Below are positions 40,956 through 51,042 of a stretch of DNA of 64,000 bases, in pieces. This stretch comes from Naegleria gruberi (Eukaryota), in NCBI GenBank assembly GCA_000004985.1, contig GG738865.1, one strand, 5' to 3'. Both the position numbers and the translations under genes were made by a program. Within the stretch, counting starts at the first letter, position 1. Each line of letters starts with the position of its first letter. Under the pieces are notes generated by a model, which did no database searches, had not been told where the DNA came from, and worked only from the letters and a program-made list of their open reading frames with translations.

Positions 40956-42416
40956 ATGATGATGAAAAACAAAGCAGCCCTGATAGAACTTGCACAAAGT
41001 TGGGCCATCTGCAATGGATTTATCTTGAAGAGCCAACGTGGACAATCCTTCCAATCCGATCCAATACCATTCACTCTCACTCCAACAGGAATCAATAGAA
41101 AAGCCTACGAAAAGGTTGTTTCCATTGCTCCATTGTTGAATACACTCGTTGATCGTATGAGTAGAGATTCTACCTTTATCAATCAATCCCTGGAAAGTGT
41201 TGCCAAGTATGATGATTTTGTGAAACGTTTATTGGACATTTATAATGAAACCTACGAGAGGAATAAGAATGACTATCAATTAGCTGTTCATCGTTCCGAT
41301 TATATGATCCATGTGGATGGAAAGAGTGGACAGGAAATTCCTCAACAAGTTGAATTGAATACAGTTTCATCTGCTTTTGGTGCTTTGGGAGCAACAACAC
41401 ACAAATTGCACTCCTATTTGCAACAATATAGATCATGGCTTGTTCCCGAATATCCAGAACAAGAATTGGAACCAAATAATTCATTGGAAAACATTGTCAA
41501 TGTGATGAGACAGAGTCATGAAACTTTTGTTCAGGAAAATCCAAGCAATTTTGGTAGCATGCCTTACTTTATGCTTTTTGTTGTTCAGGATGGAGAACGT
41601 AATGTCGGTGATCAAAAACCATATGAGCATTTACTCTTACAAAAGTATGGAATTTTCGTTTTGAGAAGAAGTATGAAGGAATTGATTGGAAATGTTGAAC
41701 TTGTAAAGGATGAAAAGTCAAATAGACAACACTTGGTGATTGAAAAGCAATATCCTGTCAGTGTTGTTTACTTTAGATCAGGTTACACACCAGATGATTT
41801 CCCTACTGAAAATGAATGGGAAGTAAGAAGTGTTTTGGAGACTTGTACGGCAATTAAATGTCCAACTATTGGTGTTCAATTGGTTGGTACAAAGAAGATT
41901 CAACAAATCATGTTTGAAGATGCTGTTTTACAAAAGTATTTGACCAAGGAAGAGGCTCAATCAGTTAAGGAAGCATTCACTGGAATTTATTCATTGGAAG
42001 AATCAGAATCCTTGCAATACATGAGGGAAGCTTTTGAAAATCCAGACGATTATGTTTTAAAACCTCAAAGAGAAGGAGGAGGCAATTTGGTTTATGGAGA
42101 AAAATTAAAGGAATATTTGGACATTATTTTACACGACAAGTCACACACTGAATATGCCTCAATCAAGTATACTTACATTTTAATGAAAAAGATCAAACCA
42201 CAATTACACAATAAGGACATTATTAGACAAGGACAAGTTGCAGGTGGTGAATGTATTAGTGAGCTTGGTATTTATGGTATCTATCTTGGAAATGGTTCAC
42301 AAGAATTGACTAATGGAAGTGCTGGATATTTATTGAGAACCAAGTTGGCTAAATTCCAAGATGGAGGTGTTGCAAGTGGTGTTGCTTCTATGGATTCTAT
42401 TTATCTTCGTGATTAA
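40956..42416 (+). CDS. GSS: Glutathione synthetase (eukaryotic ATP-grasp type).
   Basis: Strong colinear similarity to eukaryotic GSS. 'QVELNTVSSAFGAL' matches human 'QIEINTISASFGGL'. 'VSVVYFRSGYTPDD' matches 'IAVVYFRDGYMP'. 'LKPQREGGGNLVYGE' matches 'LKPQREGGGNNLYGE'. 'CISELGIYGIYL' matches 'CISELGIFGVYV'. The ORF-track start 40842 lies upstream, and the likely start is the ATG run at about 40956 ('MMMKNKAAL'). Confidence 0.8.
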   Translation: MMMKNKAALIELAQSWAICNGFILKSQRGQSFQSDPIPFTLTPTGINRKAYEKVVSIAPLLNTLVDRMSRDSTFINQSLESVAKYDDFVKRLLDIYNETYERNKNDYQLAVHRSDYMIHVDGKSGQEIPQQVELNTVSSAFGALGATTHKLHSYLQQYRSWLVPEYPEQELEPNNSLENIVNVMRQSHETFVQENPSNFGSMPYFMLFVVQDGERNVGDQKPYEHLLLQKYGIFVLRRSMKELIGNVELVKDEKSNRQHLVIEKQYPVSVVYFRSGYTPDDFPTENEWEVRSVLETCTAIKCPTIGVQLVGTKKIQQIMFEDAVLQKYLTKEEAQSVKEAFTGIYSLEESESLQYMREAFENPDDYVLKPQREGGGNLVYGEKLKEYLDIILHDKSHTEYASIKYTYILMKKIKPQLHNKDIIRQGQVAGGECISELGIYGIYLGNGSQELTNGSAGYLLRTKLAKFQDGGVASGVASMDSIYLRD

Positions 42417-42488
42417 AATAAATAATTTTTTGTTAGATGAAGTGGTATAGACATTTCAAGTTAGGGTTATTTTCATTATGAATGTGAA

Positions 42489-42559
42489 GCGTCGATGGTT
42501 TAGTGGTAGAATACGGCGTTGCCATCGCCGTGACCCGGGTTCAATTCCCGGTCGACGCA
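42489..42559 (+). tRNA. tRNA-Gly, anticodon GCC.
   Basis: GCGTCGA...TCGACGC form the acceptor. The D arm carries TAGTGGTAGA. The anticodon stem is CGGCG/CGCCG with loop TTGCCAT. The T arm is CCGGG-TTCAATT-CCCGG. It lies about 70 nt downstream of the GSS stop. Confidence 0.8.
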
Positions 42560-42633
42560 GACATTTCTTTTTCTCTCAACCATTTTAGTTCCATTGTTTT
42601 TCAACTTTTTATCGCTTAAACAAGACATTAATT

Positions 42634-42761
42634 AGTACACGTGGTTCAAAAATTTCTATTCCATTCACTATATTTATCGAGAAAGAGTCCTCGGCTTTGG
42701 CCCTATTTTTTCTCAATTAAAAATGCATCGACGATTCCAAAAAGTACACGTGATTCAAAAC
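42634..42761. promoter_or_regulatory. Two copies of the 18-nt motif AGTACACGTG(G/A)TTCAAAA, about 110 nt apart, in the promoter region of gene 43023.
   Basis: Copy 1 is at 42634..42652 and copy 2 at 42743..42761. Each contains a CACGTG E-box palindrome. Confidence 0.3.
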
Positions 42762-43022
42762 AGCATACAAGATTCGTCAGGCTTTGTTGATTGTTCTTAT
42801 CATAGGAAGGATTTAATGATACAAATATACGAGTGTAAACCATCTGAATATTTAACGATATACTTGGCAACATTACCAAGTCACACACAACAAAATCTCA
42901 AGAAAATGGTGAGTGGCAATAGAAAAACCTTTGGGTATGAGTCAAAAAATTTTGAAAAGAGAAAAAAATCGGTATCGATTTCATTCCCGTCGATGGTTTT
43001 TTATATTTAGACCTTAAAAAAT

Positions 43023-43939
43023 ATGCCTCCTAGAAACAATAATGATAAACCACACCGTCTTTATACGTTTAAAGACTGTACAGATCAAACAATAGAAAAG
43101 GCACTAAAATCTTATAGGCTTGCTGATTTGAAAAGGGCAAGACAACAACTTGCCCACAATTTACCAATGAACGTGCAAGCATTGCAACAACAACAACAAG
43201 CAGAACGGTCCAATATTTGCATCACGAATACCAATAATATTCGTAATGACGATGGAGTACAACATCGAAGAATTGAAGATATCACCCCTCTCTTCGACAC
43301 TCAACCAAGCAATCCTATTTCATCGGTTGTTGATTTTGGTGATCAACTAATTGGTAATCCAATACCTGGTGAGTATTATTTTTATATATCTTTTGATTGC
43401 TAACAAATGATGATCAATTCCATTATTAAATTACCACAGAGCAAGTAAATATTGATTTACTTAGTGATGATAGCACAACAGAAGGTGATGATGATTATTA
43501 CACATTATTGTTAGATGAAGAAGAATTGTTGTCGTCTCCACAAGATGATGATGATTATATTTACTATTATAATGATCAACAACAAGATGATGATAATGAT
43601 GAAGGTAAGTAATTAAATACTATATTAATATACAAATATATAATAATATAATTATGTAATTTTCACAAACCAATTTCATATAATACAGATTTGAAGAACA
43701 ATCTCGCAACCATTGATAATGCCAAACAATTTTCCAAGAGTAAGCTTCAGGAATTAATATTCCCTCAATTAGAACTCATCTTGAGAGTGTTGGAAATCGA
43801 CCCATCCGATATCGGAATGATGGGACTGCTTGGATTTCATGGAAGAAATGTGTTCTTGCCATCGAGTTGGGATTTCTTCTGTCTGAGTGATCAAACGAAG
43901 GCAAAGTTGCAAATAGTAAACGAACACATTCGTGTTTAA
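43023..43939 (+). CDS. Hypothetical protein of 253 aa. Three exons, join(43023..43368,43440..43604,43689..43939).
   Basis: Exon 1 ends G|GTGAGT. Intron 1 is 71 nt and ends ...CCACAG. Exon 2 is D/E/Y-rich and ends G|GTAAGT. Intron 2 is 84 nt and ends ...TAATACAG. Exon 3 is 'DLKNNLATIDNAK...IVNEHIRV'. All junctions are phase 1 and restore a 762-nt, 254-codon frame. No domain was recognised. Confidence 0.5.
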
Positions 43940-44071
43940 AGTATTTTTTTTTGAATATGTTGAATTTGTTGTGAATATTAATGAAATGACCCATCTGAAA
44001 CACACTGAAAAACGATTAGGTTCAATGACAAAATTAGACAATTTCAATCACAAGGACAAAGCAAAATCATT

Positions 44072-44143
44072 CTCCCATGCCGGGAATTGAACCCGGACCT
44101 CCTGGGTGAAAGCCAGGTATCCTAGCCATTGGACTACACGGGA
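44072..44143 (-). tRNA. tRNA-Glu, anticodon UUC.
   Basis: The reverse complement reads TCCCGTGTAGTCCAATGGCTAGGATACCTGGCTTTCACCCAGGAGGTCCGGGTTCAATTCCCGGCATGGGA. The anticodon loop CTTTCAC gives UUC. The arms are canonical. Confidence 0.75.
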
Positions 44144-44209
44144 ATCTTGTTCATAATAATAGTATTACAAATTTGATAATTCATAATCATAGAAACTTTA
44201 TTGTTTTTT

Positions 44210-44479
44210 TCAATGCTCCATCAAGTCAATAATCCTGTGTTTCAATGACTCCAAATCTCTCTCCACCTCAATCGAATCACAAAATTCCTTCTCATTCTTT
44301 GTTTCCAAGTAGCATTTAACCATCCGCATCTGTTCCGAGTAATATTCAACTCGTTTTTCAATTTTTTCCTTATCATCATCACGTTGATTATAAACATCAG
44401 TGCCATTATTTAAATAATTATTATTAATATTATTAAATTGATGATCATTGATCGGATTATTGGAAGAATTGCCCTCCAT
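44210..44479 (-). CDS. Small hypothetical coiled-coil protein of about 89 aa from its first ATG.
   Basis: The ORF-track start 44554 is a TTG, and the first ATG gives 'MEGNSSNNPINDHQF...'. The C-terminal half is predicted helical. Confidence 0.3.
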   Translation of the reverse strand: MEGNSSNNPINDHQFNNINNNYLNNGTDVYNQRDDDKEKIEKRVEYYSEQMRMVKCYLETKNEKEFCDSIEVERDLESLKHRIIDLMEH

Positions 44480-44690
44480 TACTTGTTGTTGTTTCACTTC
44501 CTTCAATAACAGAATTTCAATCCAACTCTCAATAAACAGAATTTTCTTCTCCAATAAAACTCCCTTTTACGATGGTTCATGGTATTGTATTGCAATTTCT
44601 TCTTTTTTATTTAGAGAGAAGAAAGCATCAAATCTAATTCCATAAGACATTTTTTTTTTGTAAACTTTATTGAAAGATTTACTTTCACTA

Positions 44691-47600
44691 TTATTGTAAT
44701 AGGGCTCCCAATAGACCAACTGTAACCAATTTGCTTAATCTAGCAGCTGCGAGTTTATACTTGAGTTCGAATGGTTTTCTTGAAAGAGCTGCTTTGAAAC
44801 TCTGGTAACTTTCGACATATTCTCCCAATTTCTCTTCACACAAACCTAAAGTATACAATAATTCGGCATTTGTGGGATCTTTCATGAGGAGAAGGGAGGT
44901 AACAAGCTTTCCCTCAGTCCATTCCTCATTTTGGATTAAGAGTTCAACTAATAGTGCAGAATTGGATTGATCACTTTTCAAGTTGAAGGCAATTCGAGCA
45001 TGATGGAGAGCCTTCACATACCTATCAGTAAGTTTATAGGCCATTGCTAAGTAATATTGACATAGTTCAGAATTAGAGTCAATATTATTGGCTCTTTCCA
45101 AATATGGAATGGCAGCTGTTGGATTCTTATGTTTGAGATAGATTATTCCCAACAATTCACAAGCTTCATGACAGAAGGCATTACACTCTCGCAAAATCTT
45201 TTCACACACTTCTTTGGAAGTTTTAGCATTTCCAATCTTTTCCTCACATCTAGCTTTCATAATCAGTGCCTTTTCACAGAGTGGATATTTACGAAGGGCC
45301 TTGTCTAAATGTTGAACGGCTTCTTGGAAATCATTGACTATCATGTTGATTCCAGCAGCTGCAAGATCAGCCTCAAATTTCTCATCCAAAATTTCCAATT
45401 TGGCAAATTTGTGATTTTTGTGAGATGAAGTGTTCTTTTTTTGGTAACAAGAATTGCAGAGATCATAATTTGGACAATCGAGGCACTTCCAACGAATTCC
45501 TGTAAAATCACTTTGTTTACATCCATCACAAATGATATTTTCATGTTTGATTCTTGAAGAAGTATTCGAATTGGAAAGTAAAGGTGGTGATTGGGTCAAT
45601 CTTGGTTCTTGTGGTGGGTTGTTTTGTTGAGGTTTTTGGGTAGTGGATTGTGGAGGATTCTTAATTCTCAAATAAGTTTCGAATGTAGTTGGTTGAACCA
45701 TCTTTCGAATATCTGATTCACTCAAAGATTGGGAACAAGTCATACACCTGATTACAGTGCTTGAATTCATCTTGGAGATGGAATCTTCCATGTAAAATTC
45801 TAAACAATCCCTACAGACTGAATTGTTACAGGAGCAATTACTGAAACCTTTCGAATAACAAGTCGAATCTTTGCACTTGTTGCATTTTGAACATTTTGTA
45901 GTATTGTCACAAATCTTTAAAACTTCTTCTGGAGTAATTCTATCTTTTGGTTCATACAAAACCATCTTTGTGATCAATTCAATCAATCGTTTCGAATACA
46001 CTCCAGTTCGATTCCTAATCTTTTCCTGAATTCTTTCGAATAGTTTCGTTTCTTCTCTATTCGTTTCTGCAATAGTTCCAATATCAGTACTCATATTTAA
46101 CGACAATATTCTAAATAGAGTAGTACCAAATGCAAACATATCACTCGCATACGAATAGTCCTTTGATCCTTGTGTCAATAATTCTGGAGCAATATATCCC
46201 AAAGTTCCTGAACAGTTGGTTTTTGTGTGTGTTCTCATATTTTCTAATTCTTTAGCCAAGCCAAAATCGCTCAACACATAAATTTTTCCTTCTGTTCCAT
46301 CTTTTTGGAGGAAATTCTCTGGCTTAATGTCTCGATGGACTACCTTATTTTGTTTAAGGTATTCTAAGGCGAGTGCACCTTGTTTGATGAATCTCCAGAC
46401 TTCAGTTTCGGGGAGCTGTGTTCCTTGGTTCATGAGTTTGAGTAAATCACCCAGGGGAAAGTATTCCATAACCATATATAGATATGTTGGATCATTGTTG
46501 ATACGGGCATATTCAATTTTGACTATATTGGGATGAGAAAGGGAATTAGCCCTCATGGCTTCTTGTAATGCTTGATTGAGTGTTGATTCATCACTTGATT
46601 TGCTAGAATTGAGAATAACCTTTACAACTTTAGTTTTTCCATTATCAGAAACTTTGAATACGAACGAAAATCCTCCTTCTCCCAAACAAGCTACATTTTG
46701 AAACTTTTGCTGTAAACTCCTCTCAACAATACTACAAAACTCTTCTTCACTAACTTTCAACTGAGCTTTCTTTGCTTCTGGATGGACTAAACCATCAGAA
46801 ACACCATTTTTGGAAAAACTTGGCCTAAACTGAGCTCCAACATTAATAGAACTTCTGGCTCCTGTGACAATGGCTCTCATCCTTCTCTTACCAGATTCAA
46901 CCGTATTTAAATACTTGAACATTAAGCCAACACTATCATCATCTGAAATCTTATACCAAGCTCCATCTTCCAAATATTTCAAATCAAAATTGTCGCATTT
47001 GATCTTTGATTTGATTCGTTTGGTGAGATCAGAGAAGGTATCCAATTCTTTGAGAAATATTTTGTGGATATTTTCCTCTTTGGTGGATGATTGGGAAGAG
47101 AGAGTTTCCTCTAAAATAATGTTTAGTTCTGTGCCTTGAGTGGATGAAGTGCTACTTGGCAATGAAGTGCTGGATGTTGAGTTTTGACTGATAGAGATGG
47201 AAGAAATACTGCTTCTAGAAGATGATTTCTCAATGGCATGAATAATTCTATTGGACTTGTCCAGAGTTTCGTAAAATTCCATCATTGATTCGAATGATAC
47301 CTTGTTGAGGGTAAGTTTATCCTCCAATTCGAAATAGCTAATTTCAAACTCAGCATTTGGTAATTCTGCATACTTTCTAACCAATTTCATCAAATCTTCA
47401 TAACCTTCACCTGATTTCAAACTTGATGAAAATTTCAACAAATTTTCATTTGATTTCAATTGAATTTCAAGTTTGAATTCAAACTTTTTAGGTTGTAAAT
47501 CCATTTGAAAGGAGGCACTTGTAGTGAATGATCCAATTCTTGAAAATGAATTCATTGATTGTGTAGGAGAAATCAGTTTCGGCACTTCTTTCGGATAGGA

Positions 47601-47930
47601 TGAAGAATCGAAAGTGGAAGATTTTGCAATCGTTGTTGTAATGTACAAATAGTTTTTGGTGGTGCTATTGGAGAATCTGGTTACCAGTGAAGGGAGATCA
47701 TTGTTGGTAAGAAGTTTTCGTTCTAAATCGTCGTGGAATTTAATTTCGACTAGACTTTCGTTTGCAATTTCGAATACTGCTCTTGCTTTTTGTTGGATTT
47801 GAGAAATACTTTGGAAAAAGGAGTTGTCGACCTGAAGTTCTACTTCCCTCTTTTCGAGTTTGAGAATTACAGGTATTGTCATGTTGTTTTTTTTGAATTG
47901 AGAAGAATTTGAAAAAGTTTCGAACAGCAT
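44691..47930 (-). CDS. Ser/Thr protein kinase of 1079 aa. It has N-terminal PB1/ubiquitin-fold-like modules (tentative), a Cys-rich region with a ZZ-type zinc finger, and C-terminal TPR repeats.
   Basis: Kinase motifs are 'LGEGGFSFVFKV', 'VKVIL', 'VVHRDIKPENFL', 'SDFGLAKE' and 'GTLGYIAPE'. The ZZ finger reads 'ICDGCKQSDFTGIRWKCLDCPNYDLCNSCYQKKNTSSHKNHKF'. There are multiple 34-aa TPR units toward the C-terminus. The ATG at 47928-47930 was verified. Confidence 0.7.
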   Translation of the reverse strand: MLFETFSNSSQFKKNNMTIPVILKLEKREVELQVDNSFFQSISQIQQKARAVFEIANESLVEIKFHDDLERKLLTNNDLPSLVTRFSNSTTKNYLYITTTIAKSSTFDSSSYPKEVPKLISPTQSMNSFSRIGSFTTSASFQMDLQPKKFEFKLEIQLKSNENLLKFSSSLKSGEGYEDLMKLVRKYAELPNAEFEISYFELEDKLTLNKVSFESMMEFYETLDKSNRIIHAIEKSSSRSSISSISISQNSTSSTSLPSSTSSTQGTELNIILEETLSSQSSTKEENIHKIFLKELDTFSDLTKRIKSKIKCDNFDLKYLEDGAWYKISDDDSVGLMFKYLNTVESGKRRMRAIVTGARSSINVGAQFRPSFSKNGVSDGLVHPEAKKAQLKVSEEEFCSIVERSLQQKFQNVACLGEGGFSFVFKVSDNGKTKVVKVILNSSKSSDESTLNQALQEAMRANSLSHPNIVKIEYARINNDPTYLYMVMEYFPLGDLLKLMNQGTQLPETEVWRFIKQGALALEYLKQNKVVHRDIKPENFLQKDGTEGKIYVLSDFGLAKELENMRTHTKTNCSGTLGYIAPELLTQGSKDYSYASDMFAFGTTLFRILSLNMSTDIGTIAETNREETKLFERIQEKIRNRTGVYSKRLIELITKMVLYEPKDRITPEEVLKICDNTTKCSKCNKCKDSTCYSKGFSNCSCNNSVCRDCLEFYMEDSISKMNSSTVIRCMTCSQSLSESDIRKMVQPTTFETYLRIKNPPQSTTQKPQQNNPPQEPRLTQSPPLLSNSNTSSRIKHENIICDGCKQSDFTGIRWKCLDCPNYDLCNSCYQKKNTSSHKNHKFAKLEILDEKFEADLAAAGINMIVNDFQEAVQHLDKALRKYPLCEKALIMKARCEEKIGNAKTSKEVCEKILRECNAFCHEACELLGIIYLKHKNPTAAIPYLERANNIDSNSELCQYYLAMAYKLTDRYVKALHHARIAFNLKSDQSNSALLVELLIQNEEWTEGKLVTSLLLMKDPTNAELLYTLGLCEEKLGEYVESYQSFKAALSRKPFELKYKLAAARLSKLVTVGLLGALLQ

Positions 47931-48085
47931 TTATTTGAGTGAAAAGGTTAATAATAGACAATCTCAAACGTGAAACGTGATCACGCTCTTCTGTAAGATA
48001 TTTTATTGACAAACAAAACGTGATCTTCTTAAAATGGTTTATGTTGATATTTACAAAAATTTTATTCAATAATTATTCGAATCAT

Positions 48086-50101
48086 TTAAGGTTGAATGGA
48101 TCTCAATGCTTCTACAATAAATTCATCATCATTTGGTAATTTATCCAAAGCTCTCTCAAGTAATTTTCTCGATTCGTCCAATTCATTCAATTTTTTCATA
48201 TAAATTCCATGAGCAAATAAGGCAATTCCTTCATCAGTCCATGAGTAGATATTTAGAGGTGAAGATAATTGTTGTAAGACTTGAACAATTGCATCGATAG
48301 CTTCTATATTTCTTTTCAAGGAATATGACTTTGAAAGTAAAGCAACACTTCTTTCGAATAGATTAGTTTTCAAGGCACATAGTCCAGCAAGGTAGAAAGT
48401 TTTGTAATTCTCCTTTGAAAGAGCTTTTTCATATAAAGAATAGGCATTCTCGTACTTTCTAATATTAAAATAGCAATAGGCGAACCTTTCATAGAATTTG
48501 ACATCTAGTCTTGATTTCCATTCTTTAACAGAATATGCCTTACTGAAATATTCGATTGCCTTCTCATAATTTTTCAAGTAAAAGCAACAATTGGCTGCTT
48601 TCGTAAGAATTGTTAAACTTGCACTGGATCTTTTAAGATATTGATCACAAAATTTGAGAGCAATCTCATAATTTCCATTCTCATAATTTTTAGAAGCATT
48701 TTGCAAAACCTCATTAATTGGACTGAGTTTCAGAGTAATCACTCTTTGCTTTGGATCTTTTGATAGGAGGGAAGTGATCATTTGATAACATTCTGAATCA
48801 TTGGTTACGATTTCTTGATTATGAGTCAAGTTAAAGTCATTGTGCCCTAATTTCTTTTCAATTAGTTTAACCAATTCATCGTATTTAGGATAGAATGGTA
48901 ATTCGATACGATATGCTTCACCATCTGCTTGTAAAGTGAAAAGTTGCTTTTTGGTATTTAAATAGTCATTGGTCAACTGAAGCAACACATTGAGAGACAT
49001 TCTTTGAGCTGGATCTTTTTTAATCATTCCAAGAATGAGTTGACTAACAAATGGTGAAATACTCAACTCAACCAAATGTCTTTCAACTTGTTCAGGTTTC
49101 TCACATAGAATTTCTCCAGTTGCCCCGAACCTTCCAATCATTAAATAATACAATGTAATTCCCAAACTAAAGATATCACTTTGAATTGAGAAATTCTTAC
49201 AATCTTCAACAACTTCTGGTGCCAAATATCTTACAGTTCCTTCCATTTCAATATTGACTTGTCTATTGAATTTGGAAGAGGTAAAGGCACTTCCAAAATC
49301 ACTCAACACAACATGGATGCTATCATCTGAAATTGACTTGACAAGTATATTATCTGGTTTCACATCTCTATGACAAACCTTTCTATCAACACAAGCCTGA
49401 AATGCCTGGCTAACTTGATTAATAATCATCACAGCAATGTGCTCTGTAATATTTCTCAATTTTTTCTTACCATCATCGTCCAAGAAGAAGTTTTTCAAAG
49501 TTCCAAGCATTCTCTCCATTTCATAGCACACCACAGATTTGAAATAGCTAACATTATTTAGTGTGAAAAAGTTACCTGCCTCAACAATATGTGGATGATT
49601 CATTGAGAGAGTAGTTTTCACTTCATTCAATAGATCATTTCCATTATCGTCAATTAGAACTTTGACAGCAATTGGTATTGAATTTTCAATTGGAGGAAGA
49701 CCAAACACAAAACCAAAACCACCCTTACCTAGCAAGGAAATAGAGTTCTGGTCAACATTGTACTTTTCGGCTAGTTTCTTCTTTAATTTTTCTGCCTTTT
49801 CCTTGCTTGAAATGGAAGGACGAAACGATTTGTAACAAATCAATTTGTGTTCAATCTTTGCACTCCCTCTAAACTTGGTGATCATGGTTTCGACATCAAT
49901 ATCTTTCGACAAGCAGAATTCCTCCGAATCGAATTTGTATTTTAGAGAACGATTCTCGAGTGAAATGGTTTTTGATACAATTTTCTTCAATTCCTTGATT
50001 GTTCGAGTGTTTGTTGAAATCTCAACGACCAACAGGCGTTCTACTGTGTTTTCTTCCACAATAATCACCTGGACATTCTTATTGAATAGATTAAACATTT
50101 T
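48086..50101 (-). CDS. Ser/Thr protein kinase with C-terminal TPR repeats. It is a tandem paralog of 44691..47930.
   Basis: Kinase motifs are 'LGKGGFGFVFGL', 'VKVLID', 'CHRDVKPDNILV', 'SDFGSAF' and 'GTVRYLAPE'. TPR units are present in the last approx 200 aa. It has the same N-terminal module architecture as its neighbour. The ORF-track start 50176 is a GTG immediately after a TGA, and the first ATG gives 'MFNLFNKNVQVIIVEEN'. Confidence 0.7.
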   Translation of the reverse strand, partial: KMFNLFNKNVQVIIVEENTVERLLVVEISTNTRTIKELKKIVSKTISLENRSLKYKFDSEEFCLSKDIDVETMITKFRGSAKIEHKLICYKSFRPSISSKEKAEKLKKKLAEKYNVDQNSISLLGKGGFGFVFGLPPIENSIPIAVKVLIDDNGNDLLNEVKTTLSMNHPHIVEAGNFFTLNNVSYFKSVVCYEMERMLGTLKNFFLDDDGKKKLRNITEHIAVMIINQVSQAFQACVDRKVCHRDVKPDNILVKSISDDSIHVVLSDFGSAFTSSKFNRQVNIEMEGTVRYLAPEVVEDCKNFSIQSDIFSLGITLYYLMIGRFGATGEILCEKPEQVERHLVELSISPFVSQLILGMIKKDPAQRMSLNVLLQLTNDYLNTKKQLFTLQADGEAYRIELPFYPKYDELVKLIEKKLGHNDFNLTHNQEIVTNDSECYQMITSLLSKDPKQRVITLKLSPINEVLQNASKNYENGNYEIALKFCDQYLKRSSASLTILTKAANCCFYLKNYEKAIEYFSKAYSVKEWKSRLDVKFYERFAYCYFNIRKYENAYSLYEKALSKENYKTFYLAGLCALKTNLFERSVALLSKSYSLKRNIEAIDAIVQVLQQLSSPLNIYSWTDEGIALFAHGIYMKKLNELDESRKLLERALDKLPNDDEFIVEALRSIQP

Positions 50102-50283
50102 TTTATTCGAAAGTGGCTCTCTGTCACGTTTCGAATACTTCACCACAGGCAATAATCTCTTTAATTCTTTGATCACGTTTCAGATATTTTTAAACCAATT
50201 TGTCCCTCCAATCAACCTTTTTCACAAAGTTTACAAATCTTTAACTTTTCTGATAATTATTACAAAATTAATGGAAAAAAAAA

Positions 50284-51042
50284 ATGTCGCTGATCGTTCG
50301 GTTCGTTCGTCCTCGATTATTCTTCCTGCACGAGAACTTTAAAAACAAACGAATCACATGTAGTGCCGATTTACATCACTTTCATAAAAACATCAAAATT
50401 TTGATAGAATCCAAGCTTTCCGAAGATGAAATTAAACATCATAAAGGGATGAGTAGAGTCAAGCAGAGGCTGGAATATTACGGATTTGATGCTAGTTATT
50501 TTATAGGAGAGGAGGGATTATTTTCCGGAAAGATTCATCACGATAAGGAAATTAGTGATGAGAATTTATGTATCGAGCTGATGATTTTAATTTATCATTA
50601 TTTGATGTGTTGTTTGGAGGAGGCAAAGAGAGAATTTGGTTATGAGGCATTTCATCCATACTTTTGTTATTTGGAGGAGAAGATATTCCCTGGTTTTTTT
50701 GATTGTGCAAAACGAGTGGCAGAAAGATCAAATGTTGGACAAGATATGGAAGCATTCGAAACTGGAGTGGAAAGTTTGGAAAATTGGCAACAATTTATTT
50801 TACAATTATATGTTCAATTACAATGTGGGATAACTACATCTAGATCTATTACTGAATTTGGAGAGAATGGATGTTCTGTAAATTCTTGTTTTCTCTTTTT
50901 CACATTGTTGAAATACTTTCTGGAAAAGAAGGAAAAATTCTTGAAAGAGAACAAACAACAGGTTTGGGAATTACCAATGGAGAAGGAAATTTTATTCAAA
51001 GTTTTTGAATATTGGTCTCGTTACATCACTTTTTGTGAGTGA
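50284..51042 (+). CDS. 5' ORF (252 aa) of a probable interrupted gene. No domain recognised.
   Basis: Its frame is open to 51042. It overlaps the open frame of the next ORF across about 50945..51042. Confidence 0.35.
   Translation: MSLIVRFVRPRLFFLHENFKNKRITCSADLHHFHKNIKILIESKLSEDEIKHHKGMSRVKQRLEYYGFDASYFIGEEGLFSGKIHHDKEISDENLCIELMILIYHYLMCCLEEAKREFGYEAFHPYFCYLEEKIFPGFFDCAKRVAERSNVGQDMEAFETGVESLENWQQFILQLYVQLQCGITTSRSITEFGENGCSVNSCFLFFTLLKYFLEKKEKFLKENKQQVWELPMEKEILFKVFEYWSRYITFCE

Noticed and set aside
42723-43010. ORF of 95 aa upstream of the 3-exon gene
   Set aside because: It lies in the promoter and 5' region, carries the duplicated E-box motif, and has no domain or codon-bias signal. 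It was treated as non-coding.
44554-44700. Possible intron joining the kinase gene's C-terminus (44691) to the small downstream ORF (44554)
   Set aside because: No GT donor with a phase-compatible AG acceptor was found. The kinase ends with a normal TAA, and the small ORF's track start is a TTG artefact.
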